Source: Macrostomum lignano
Taxonomy: Eukaryota
Direction: 5' to 3'
Length of the DNA stretch: 62,945 nucleotides
NCBI GenBank assembly: GCA_002269645.1
Contig: NIVC01004046.1
Span: 1-62,945, forward strand
In this document: in pieces, positions 20,701-31,500 of the stretch
Layout: every line of letters begins with the position of its first letter
How positions within the stretch are numbered: position 1 is the stretch's first letter
Position numbers and translations under genes: made by a program
The notes under the pieces: model-generated
The model's database searches: none
Seen by the model: only the letters and a program-made list of their open reading frames with translations
Told to the model about the DNA's origin: nothing

Positions 20701-23052
20701 TATTTACCTGTCTCTCCCCTCTACCTGTCTTCTGCTCCTTTCTCTTCTCCTGTCTATTTTCCTGTCTCTCCCCTCTACCTGTCTGCTCCCTTCTACCTGT
20801 CTCTTCCCATGTAACTGCCTCTGTCTTTTTCTGTGTCTCCCACCTCTCCCTATCTATTCCCGTCTACCTGTCTTTTTTCTCTACCTACCTCTCCCTGTAC
20901 CTATCTCGACCCCTTTTCCTGTCTCTTCCTCTCTACCTGTATCTGCCCCTTTATCTCTCTTATTTCCCATACCTGTCCCTTCTCTACTTCTTATCTCCAC
21001 CTGTCCCTTTCCCTGTCTCTTCCATATCTACCTGTCCCTTCCGTCTATCTGCCTTGTCTTATCTACCGCCTCTTCCCCTCTACCTGTCCTGTACTCTACC
21101 GTTTCTCCCCCTCTATCTATCTCCTCCTTTGTCTCTTTCCCTCTCTTCCCTCTCCCCACCTGTCTTTCTACCTCAACCATGCTTAACTGTTATTAAATTT
21201 GTAACTGTCAGTCTGAAGTAGTAGTTCTTGACTTTCCCTTAGTAGCAATACTTTCATGCCTTCATAGGATAAATAGGCATTAATTACCGGCATTATCAAT
21301 CATCAATTGTGGCCAAGAAATTTGCTCCATTTTGGTGGCAGTGACCTGCATAATACCGCTGTCAGCCACACATGTTGATTGATCTTCTGAGATTGGCTGA
21401 TAGAAAAAGCACTCAAAAATGTATGGCGAAAACGATACCTAAAAATTAATAAAATATGTTTCTTTGGCTAAGAAATTGCTCATAGCTAAGCAGATTAAAT
21501 ATTCAAAAAATCCCTTTCCAAAGGTCAAGCAGACTTTTTGACTTGAAATGCATTGTAAAACTGTTGGAGAAAAAAATGAATTACTGAATTCTGATTTTGA
21601 TAAAGATTGTATCACACTAGGATTTTTATTTGTCAGTTTACTAGGCCCTAACTGAATTTTGACACTGATTTGAATTGCACCATATTGCTAATCTACAGTG
21701 TGGAATCATATAGTACCATACTTCATATTGATATTCTGTAACTATTGTCTTAACTTTAATAAAGACTAATACTAACTGCCTAGGTAATTGATTATAATAG
21801 CTGCCTAGTGACTTTTACTCTACCTAATTCAATGTGAGTGTTTAACAAAACTATAACTACTATAATTCACAATATTGAAACAATAAGAGCTAGCCTAGAT
21901 ATGAAATGACAGAAAGGCTAATGTAGCAACCTAGTTTGAATTTTAGTAGAAAAAATAATTTTTTGAAATATTTTTTTAACATAAAGAAAACTTAACAAAA
22001 GAAATAAAAATAGAAACATCATGTTAATGATAAAAGTATCATGCCAAACAAAGAAAAACATTTTGTGAAACATAAAAGAAGTGTTATGTCAAAAAAAACA
22101 AAGAAACAAAGAAAATAAAATAGAAAGAAGCAAAGACAAAGACCATGTCACAACCAGAAACAACTAAGTTGCAACTAGAGGTGAAAAAGTCACATTGATC
22201 AGAAAATAAGATAAGATAAGATGATAAGATAAATTATATTCAAATATATACACTTAAAAGCAAGTGATATTTTTATACTTTTATAGTTGAAAGCTTATAT
22301 ATTTCTTGTAATATTTTTAAACATAAGACATAAAGCAGTTTTATAGTTTTCTACCAAAGGGAATTAGGGGAGGGGGTATTTTAATATAAGTGATATTAGG
22401 ATATAATGGCTAGGCTAGCCTAGTCAGCTCATTTAATACTCTTTGATAGTAAAAGGAACAACTTAAAATGCAAAATTGTTAGTATAGGGTAGGCCTAAAA
22501 GAAAATAGAAAAAAAGAAAATTAAGGATTGAATTTGCATAAAAAATGAGATAGCTTTAAAAAATGAATCCGTTTTAAGTATAGTGTTTTGTGGCACCAAT
22601 TTACGTATATATAAAAATATATTATGTTTAAATAGTCACTGCTCCAAGAATATTTCATTTTCATTTGAAAGATATATTTCTCTAGTTTTTTATGCATATT
22701 TAAATATTTTTGACTTTTACAAAATCAGTTCAATGTGTAGGCCTAGCAAATTGAATTTTAAAGTTATTGAATAGTCCATTTTTTATTATTTTCAACTTAT
22801 ACTAACCTCATTTGAGTCTCAACTCATAGATATATAGATCTACTATATTAAAATAACAAACTAAAAATTATAAAATTATATAAAAATATAGCATGCAACG
22901 TGTTTAGTTATACTTTAAATAAAACTAACCTTTAAGTATTCTGATGTTAATACAATATCAACCTTTGATGCAGGTATTCCTTTAAGTGGAATAGAAACAA
23001 CAACATTCTGAAGGCTGTCACACCATTTAAAATCTTTAATAAAAATAGGCAT
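17706..23052 (-). CDS. DNAAF4: Dynein axonemal assembly factor 4 (DYX1C1): CS/p23 domain + coiled coil + TPR; exons 23052-22930, 21438-21288, 19939 (or 19930)-19392, 18227-17706; ~447 aa
   Basis: MPIFIKDFKWCDSLQNVVVSIPLKG...EYLK|VSFSPYIFECF...WPQL, then GVSFTARVFPTPERESQKALEEE|WLRKQAE, then TPRs [25 protein letters not shown]...NRAACHLRL...EDASKALELL. All are colinear with DYX1C1 and all junctions are phase-compatible. Confidence 0.95.
18285..19320. repeat. 33-bp minisatellite (ATGAGGTTGCAGTTTATTGTGGTTGTTGAATCT)n filling DNAAF4 intron 3
   Basis: Tandem copies are visible. Confidence 0.97.
19940..20760. repeat. ~50-bp CT-rich minisatellite (followed by CT low complexity to ~21180) in DNAAF4 intron 2
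   Basis: Unit CTCTTCTGTCTATTTACCTGTCTCTCCCCTCTACC...; it abuts the acceptor of exon 3. Confidence 0.93.
21465..21910 (+). mobile_element. Older decayed copy of the Helitron 5' region in DNAAF4 intron 1
   Basis: Colinear similarity with ~24560-24950 and ~37060-37320 (GGCTAAGAAATTGCTC, ACTTGAAATGCATTGTAA, GAATTTTGACACTGA, GAGCTAGCCTAGAT). Confidence 0.7.
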
Positions 23053-23702
23053 TTTGAATTTTGTGCTTGGTTTTATTAAATGAAAATTTCTTCAGCCAGG
23101 CTTAGTCAAATATAAGCATAAATAATACTGCATAACATAAGCGCTAAATGATTAGAACATGTTAGCTAGGCCTATTACTTAACAATTTAGATATTCAGAA
23201 CATCGTACATTTGAATTTAATCGTCTGCCGTAACTGTTACAGATATGAAGCAGCAAATTACAGGTTACAAAGCAATCGTTAGATTTCTGTCCGGCACGTG
23301 GAAAATTGGAATGCAAAACTTTAAAAACAATTTAGTGCCAAGTATCATAGAAAGCAGTTTTAAGTATAACAAAATATTCAATTAGCCAGTTTATCAACTA
23401 ACAGCCTACTAACTACGATGATTACAAATATTTGTGTTTTTTTTTGACAGTTTAAGTCACTTTAGTCTACTGTTATAATAGGCATGTTAAGAAAAATAAA
23501 GCCAGATTGGATTTCTTCCCGGTGTCAAATTCGACGGCGATTCGAAGTCGATTCGAAGTCGATTTCCAATATACTAATCCAATAAACTAAAAATCAAAAC
23601 TATGTACCTTTAGGAACCTTCGCTTAACTTGACTCTACATGGTCGAAATTTCGTGGGGTTTTCTGCATTCGATGCGTATTGATGGTGCGCTGGTACACAA
23701 AA

Positions 23703-23984
23703 TTTTGCTAAGAAATTGCTTCATTTTTTCGGGCTTAAATATTCGAAAAATTCGATTTTCTCCCTGTTTTTTAAAGTTCAAACAGTTCTTTCCGATTGAG
23801 AAGCAGTCTGACTGCCGATGGAATTGTATTGCATCATAACTCATTTTGCTAAGAAATTGCTTCATTTTTTCGGGCTTAAATATTCGAAAAACTCCATTTT
23901 CTCCCTGTTTTTTAAAGTTCAAACAGTTCTTTCCGATTGAGAAGCAGTCTGACTGCCGATGGAATTGTATTGCATCATAACTCA
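23703..23984. repeat. Two tandem 141-bp near-identical copies
   Basis: 23703-23843 and 23844-23984; partly similar to the Helitron 5' region (GCTAAGAAATTGCT...TTAAATATTCGAAAAA). Confidence 0.9.
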
Positions 23985-24930
23985 GTGCCAACTATAGCAT
24001 TGGTTCTCTACACTCGCGTGGAGAGCTATACAAGCGTTGAAAGGTTGCGCAACACCTTTTAGTTATCGAAATTGAGGGGCGGGTGTCGCTATTCAATTTG
24101 TCCTGGGCATTGGCTTGGTTGTTAATTTCAATGCATCAACTTGCAGGCCTCTTACTGTAGCTGGCGCTGAATGTACACCTTTTGAATTTGAATGCTTTAT
24201 ACTCGTAGCAGGAATGTTCAATCATTGTTTGTGCTTCGAGTTTTTTACTTTCAGAAGAGAGCCTTGTATTGCTGGAAAAAGCTAGAAACGCTGAGTTCGG
24301 GAATATAATTTCTATGCTGAGATTCGAAAAATTAAAAGCACAGCATTAAAAAGAGGATTCCTATGAATTTTACTTCTAAATATACTAAATCTCTAATATT
24401 TGTTTGTTTGTATGTTTGTCCATAACGCTCTAGTCCTATATACTAAAAATGAAAATCTTGCTTGTTTTTTTGTACGCAATCGATTAGAGAAAAAAGGCTG
24501 GACCGATTTTCATGAGACTTGCACTGTTCGATCAGAAATTTTCCCGTGACGGTACATGCATCTTGGCTAAGAAATTGCTCCATGTTAAAGCGATTAAATA
24601 TTCGAAAAACATGCTTTTTTGGAAAGGTCAAGCAAACTTTTCGACTTGAAATGCATTGTAATAATGCTAGAGAAAAAACTGACTGGTTAAATTCTGATTC
24701 TGAAATAGATTGCATCATAGCTGAATTGTAACTCCAGCTTGAATTGCGTCGCAGTATTGAAAATGCGGTGTGGAAGCGTAGCACCAGACTTGATTTAGAT
24801 TGCGTAACCATATTCTCAACTTTAATTGAGACTGATACTGACTTGCCTGGGAAATTGATTATGTCATAACTGCTTCGTGAGTAAGTGTTGAATTATATAA
24901 GTGCTACAATTTCATTTATAAATTCGATAA

Positions 24931-24997
24931 GAGCTAGCCTAGATGTGAACAGACTGGACTGCAAATGCAGCGACCTGGGTTCGAATCTTAGTAGTGG
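24931..24997 (+). pseudogene. tRNA-derived remnant (Cys-like anticodon loop) inside the Helitron 5' region
   Basis: TAGCCTAGATG (degenerate A box), GACTGCAAAT loop, GGGTTCGAATC B box; the stems do not close well. Confidence 0.45.
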
Positions 24998-25059
24998 AAA
25001 GTTTTTTAATAAAAGCTTTTATTCAAGGACAAATAAAGGACAAAAGGCGTCATGTAAAA

Positions 25060-26760
25060 AAATCATAGAAGTGTCATGTAAACAATCATAGAAGCGTCAT
25101 GTAAACCATCATAGAAGCGTCATGTAAACCATCATAGAAGTGTCATGTAAAAAATCATAGAAGCGTCATGTAAACCATCATAGAAGCGTCATGTAAAAAA
25201 TCATAGAAGCGTCATGTAAACAATCATAGAAGCGTCATGTTAAAAATAATATAAGCGTCATCTAAAATCATAGAAGCGTCATGTAAACAATCATAGAAAA
25301 GTCATGTAAAAAATCATAGAAGCTTCATGTAAAAAATCATAGAAGCGTCATGTAAAAAATCATAGAAGCGTCATGTAAACAATCATAGAAGCGTCATGTA
25401 AAAAAATCATAGAAGCCTCATGTAAAAAATCATAGAAGCGTCATGTAAAAAATCATAGAATCGTCATGAAAAAATCATAGAAGCGTCATGTAAACAATCA
25501 TAGAAGCGTCATTTAAAAATCATATAAGAGTCATGTAAAAAATCATAGAAGCGTCATGTAAACAATCATCGAAGCGTCATCTAAAAAGTCATAGAAGCGT
25601 CATGTAAACAATCATAGAAGCGTCATGAAAAAATCATAGGAGTGTCATGAAAAAATCATAGAAGCGTCATGTAAACAATTATAGAAGCGTCATTTAAAAA
25701 AATCATAGAAGCGTCATGTAAACGATCATAGAAGCGTCATGTAAAACTCATAGAAGCGTCATTTAAAAAAATCATAGAAGCGTCATGTAAACAATCATAA
25801 AAGCGTCATGTAAACAATCATAGAAGCGTCATGTAAAAAATCATAGAAGCGTCATGTAAACCATCATAGAAGCGTCATTTAAAAAAATCATAGAAGCGTC
25901 ATGTAAACGATCATAGAAGCGTCATGTAAAACTCATAGAAGCGTCATTTAAAAAAATCATAGAAGCATCATGTAAACAATCATAGAAGCGTCATGTAAAC
26001 AATCATAGAAGCGTCATGTAAAAAATCATAGAAGCGTCATGTAAAAAGCATAGAAGCGTCATGTAAAAAGCATAGAAGCGTCATATAAAACTCATAGAAG
26101 CGTCATTTAAAAAAATCATAGAAGCGTCATGTAAACAATTATAGATGCGTCATGTAAAAATCATTGAAGCGTCATGTAAACAATCATAGAAGCGTCATAT
26201 AAAAATCATAGAAGCGTCATGTAAACAATCATAGAAGCGTCATGTAAACCATCATAGAAGCGTAATGTAAAAAATCATAGAAGCGTCATCTAAAAATCAT
26301 AGAAGTGTCATGTAAACAATCATAGAAGCGTCATGTAAAAAATCATAGAAGCGTCATGTAAACCATCATAGAAGCGTCATGTAAACCATCGTAGAAGCGT
26401 AATGTAAACAATCATAGAAGCGTCATCTAAAATCATAGAAGCGTCATGTAAACAATCATAGAAGCGTCATGTTAAAAATCATAGAAGCGTCATGTAAACC
26501 ATCATAGAAGCGTAATGTAAAAAATCATTGAAGCATCATGTATAAAGCATAGAAGCGTCATGAAAAAATCATAGAAGCGTCATGTAAACAATCATCGAAG
26601 CGTCATCTAAAAAGTCATAGAAGCGTCATGTAAACAATCATAGAAGCGTCATGAAGAAATCATAGGAGTGTCATGAAAAAATCATAGAAGCTTCATGTAA
26701 ACAATCATAGAAGCGTCATGAAAAAATCATAGAAGCCTCATTAAAAACTAATGAAAGTGT
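25060..26760. repeat. 21-22-bp minisatellite (ATCATAGAAGCGTCATGTAAA[C/A]A)n, 1.7 kb, inside the Helitron
   Basis: Tandem copies are visible. Confidence 0.97.
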
Positions 26761-28179
26761 CATTTAAAAAATCAAGAAGCATCATGGTAGAATAAAAGAA
26801 GCGTCATGTCAGACATGAAAGGTGTCATGTAAAAATTAAATGAAGCTATAGTGCTGGGCTAGGGAGAAAAACTGAGACGTCAAGGCTCACAGAGAATAAC
26901 TGAGATTACGGGGGGGGGGGGGTTTCTGAGATGTCAAAGCAAAAGTCAGAAGCTGCTTCAAAGTTCATGTACTTTACTCAATTTTTTTATTACATTCTTT
27001 GTTGGCTCGCCACAGGGGGGGCGCTGATAGAAGAAGAGTCATGTAAAAAATAAAAGTAGCACAATGTATACATAAAAGAAGAGTCATGTCGAAGTTAAAA
27101 GATTCATTTGGGAATTGCTACGATGTCAAAGCTTGGTGGAAATCGTTATAGTGCTGTGATTCTTAAAGAAGGAATCACTAAAATGTCAAGGCTTAGGGGA
27201 GAAGAATTGCTGAGATTTCAAGACTTTAGGTTGGGTTAAAGTTAGGTTTAGGTCAGGTTTGGGTTGAGGGTTAGATTTTATCGGGTTTCAAGGTTAACGG
27301 GGGGTTTTTTAGATTTCAAGGTTTATGGAGGCCATCGCTGACATGTCAAGGCTTACGGGGGGAATAGCTGACATGTCAAGGCTCACGGGGGTATAAATGA
27401 GATTTCAAGGCTAAAGTCAGAAGCTACATGTAGTTTATTGAAAACTTTTTATTACATTATTTGATGCCTCCTCAGGGGAGGGATCGCTGATAAAAAAGCG
27501 TAATGTAAAAAATAAAAGAAGCTTCATGTCGAAGTGAAGAGATGCATTTGGGAATCCCTACGATGTCGAGGCTTGCAGGGAATCGCTATAATGCTGTAGT
27601 AGCGCTATAATGACTCTTTATATACTCATTGTATGCTCTCCCATATCGCAAACCCCTACTTTATAGCAACTCCACAATTCAAGCCAGAGCCATTGATAAA
27701 GCAAGGAGGGTCTGCTCAGTGTTGCGTAATAAATTCCAATACTTATATGCTCTTGGTTGATATTGAATTCAATATAATTATTACCTTAGCTTACTCAGCG
27801 TGCCGTATCCAGACGCTGAATTAGCGATAAGCTTTTTAGCTCAGGACAGATGTACACATATTTGAAACCCCAAACACTGGAGTCACGAGCGCTCAATTCA
27901 TTGAAATTGCCGCGCACATTTCATTCACTTTGAATGTGCTTTTAAGGCAAGACTTTAGCCTGCCTCTTGAACTGGGTTTTCTATAAAGATTCATCGCATC
28001 AGCAAAATCTCAGCTTAATAATCCTCTCACCTACCTTTATTAGTACATTGACAACTACTGTCTTGATTAAACAGTTTCTGCCTACACCATTTGATCCATA
28101 ACTGAGATGTCTTCTGGTATCTGATACTAATTATCTACTGAATCGCCATTTATTATTTACTTTTTTACTTAAACTATTC

Positions 28180-28455
28180 ATTTCATACTTTAGTACCGCA
28201 GTTGTATAATTATATTTGTAATTATTCATTCATACTTTAGTACCGCAGTTGTATAATTATATTTGTAATTATTCATTCATACTTTAGTACCGCAGTTGTA
28301 TAATTACATTTGTAATTATTCATTCATACTTTAGTACCGCAGTTGTATAATTACATTTGTAATTATTCATTCATACTTTAGTACCGCAGTTGTATAATTA
28401 CATTTGTAATTATTCATTCATACTTTAGTACCGCAGTTGTATAATTATATTTGTA
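28180..28455. repeat. 47-bp tandem repeat, ~6 copies, ~100 bp upstream of the RepHel ATG
   Basis: CATACTTTAGTACCGCAGTTGTATAATT.. recurs with a period of 47. Confidence 0.93.
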
Positions 28456-28559
28456 AAAAGTAGCAACTACTATTACAACTAGATTAAACTTTTATTCCGT
28501 ATTCTTTTTACCGTATTTCGTATATTTCTATCCGTACTTACTAAGTATCAATAATAGCT

Positions 28560-31500
28560 ATGGGTCGCCGTGGAGCAAGTCATTTAAAGAAAAGCCGTGA
28601 GGCAAAAAAAAGGCGACGTGAAGAATCTAGCGCTGAGCGCGAAGCCCGTTTGGAAACACGACGGCAGCGGGACTCAGAGCGCCGAGCCCGTGAGACTGAC
28701 GCCCAGAGAGCTGCTCGGCTCGAGGAGCTGCGGCAGCGGGACGCAGAGCGCCGGGCTTGCGAGACTGACGCTGAGAGAGCTGCTCGGCTCGAGGAGCTGC
28801 GGCAGAGGATTGCTGCCAACCGAGCCGGCGAGACTGACACCGAGAGAGCTGCCCGCCTGGAAGACATGCGGCAGCGAGAAGCTGACCGCCGTGCTTCCGA
28901 AACAGGATACGAGCGTTTGGATCGTCTCGAGGCTGAGCTATTACGTCGCCGGAGCATTTGGGCTTCGAGGTAAGTCTGCTGATCTATACCTATAACGGTT
29001 ACTCTTCTGCTTTTGTTGATTTAAACTGCACCGTTTTTCTCTGGTCTCTTTTTTTCTTTTTGTATAGCTGATGATTGCATCGTTCTGTATTACCTTGAAT
29101 TTTTGCATTTTGCATTTAGTTTAAGCAGATTTCATTAAGAATACTTAAGTAAGACCTGCAAAATATAATTTACCTTTATCACTTCAGCCCCTTACATATC
29201 TTCAGTCACAATTTTTTATTTGACTGACCATTTTCCCTCTCAATTTTAGACAGGAAAATAGTGAACCAGCAGCAGCGGCTCAGGTATCTTTTAATCAATT
29301 GAGCATAGTTCCCATAGCCGGTGATGGAAATTGTTTTTTTCACGCTGTTTGTGATCAGTTGCGAGGCACCGCACTTGAAACCGATGCTGCTTCATTGAGG
29401 CACAATTTGTCAAGCCGCGCGGCAGAGCTGGTGCCACAGTTGATTGCCGAAGGCTTTGTTTTCCTAGAGAATGCGGATGCCATAATCGAAGCTTCATTTA
29501 CAGAGGGAACTTATGTGCCTGATGAAATCGTGCCCCTTTTAAGTCGCTGCTTTCCGGTTGACCTGGTTATTTACCAGCGCAATGGAAGTGTGCTGCAGCA
29601 CTTTATGTCCTTCGCGCAGCCTCCTCTGGCTGTTGTGCGCCTGGTTCTGAGCAATGAGCACTATGAATCTCTGAGACTCCGAGATCCTTTGCAGGGAATA
29701 GAGCCTATGGAGGACCGGGAGTTCCCCGTTCCTGCTGCAAGTAGAGCACCTGCTGCAAGGACCAGAGTCAACTGGCGCAAGAGACCTACTGGCTCAGCTG
29801 CTGCTACTTCTGCTCCTGGCACTCGTGCGGAGACTCAAGCTGGAAACGAAGCAGAAGCTCAGCAGAGGTAATTTCTGATGGGCGGCGATTATGCTATACA
29901 AGTTTTTACTCTTTATAGTAATCCCACTAAAGGACAGGGATCAGAAAAGTGAGCCACAAACGATACTTAAGCAGGCATGCTTATTGAGGTTTTTATAACA
30001 GTTTTTACATAGAAAATAATTGTTCCGTTCATTCTCACATTATCAGGTGCTTAAACCTCCCTGTGGCTAACTTGATTTTTTTACTCAATTTCGTCCGCTA
30101 TTTTTAACTTTAACTTACTCTAAAGAGACACTTTCAGTGACTGGAAAAATAATGTTAATAAAATTAACTGACACTCTGCCGAAAATTTATTGCAGGAACT
30201 CCGACCAGCCAAGACCAGAAGTGCCGACCCATCAGTGTGGCCGCATGAATTCTGTGTGCAAGTTCTGCGGCGCATTGCGCTGGGACAAGGAAGCCGAGTT
30301 TTGCTGCGCCAAGGGCAAAGTGAAATTGCCTGTCCGGACTGTTCCGCCAGTGTTGGCTGACCTATACGAGCGTACACCGGAAGGCATGAGAAGAGCAAGG
30401 AGTTCCTGGCCAACATCAGGAGCTATAACTCGGTTCTGCACCTGACGTCATTCGGTGCTGATCTGCGACCCACGCCTGGTGGTTGGAACCCGAGCTTTGT
30501 GATCAGCGGAAAGTTGTACCACAACACTGCGCCGCTGCTAGCTGATGCTCCGAATGCGCCTAGGGGCTGGCAGGTGTACTTTATGGACCGCGAGCTCGAA
30601 AGCCGCCTCAGCCTCAGCCAAAGAGTGAAGCCTGAGCTGCTGCAGTTGCTGCAACTTCACCGTGCGGAGTGCGAGCTGCAGCGCAGCGAATCAAAGGCGT
30701 GAACCCAGATCGACGCCCGGCTGGTGAACACATTCGGTAAGCTGCATTTTTCAAACATGAATACGTCGGCGGTACAATCTGGAATCGGAATCCTAATTGT
30801 CGGGGATGCTGAGGAAGCACCGAACAGTCGTGAAGTCGTCATCCAACTGCGAGGAGGTGACACCAAGCGCATTTCTGAGACACACAGATCATACGATCCG
30901 CTAGAGTACGTCCTTCTGTTTCCGAACGGAGAGAGCGGCTGGTATCCCGAGCTTCGCATGACCAATGGCCGCAAACTGACGCCCATGAAGTATTACGCCA
31001 GCGAGATCATGGTGCGAGCCGACCAGTTCAACGTGCTGCACCACGGCCGGCGGCTGTTTCAGCAGTACCTGGTGGATCAGGCGGCCAAGATCGAGTCGGA
31101 GAGGCTTCTCTATTTGCGTACTCATCAGGAAGACCTTCGCAGCGAGACCTACAGTGGGTTGCGTGATGCCCTGTTTGCAGCTGATGGACTGCACACTGGA
31201 AAGGAGCCGAAGGAAATTGGAAAGCAGGCGCCCGTGTTTCTCTCCTCAAGCTTCGTGGGCGGACCGCGATATCTGATGGAGCGGCTCCAGGACGCCATGA
31301 CTTACGTTCAGAAATTCGGCAAGCCGGATCTGTTCGTGACGGCGACTTGCAATCCGAAGTGGCCAGAGATCACCGCTGAACTGCTGCCAGGACAGCGGCC
31401 AGAGGATCGTCCTGACATCGTTACTCGTGTCTTCGAGCTTAAGAAGAAGGCCCTCGTGTCGGAGCTCAGACATCGCTTTGGAGTGGAAGCCGCGCACGTT

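Noticed and set aside
18239-21221. Repetitive ORFs (MRLQFIVVVES; FNNHNKLQPHR; LSLLSIYL)
   Set aside because: Intronic satellites of DNAAF4.
25060-26760. Regular short repeats resembling a CRISPR array (also 56985-57902, 48245-48660, 28180-28455)
   Set aside because: The units are contiguous with no unique spacers, there are no cas genes, and the context is eukaryotic.
29284-29303. GTATCTTT resembling a U12-type donor in the Helitron gene
   Set aside because: It lies inside an open exon (29250-29867); no intron is needed and the nearest AG is only ~20 nt away.
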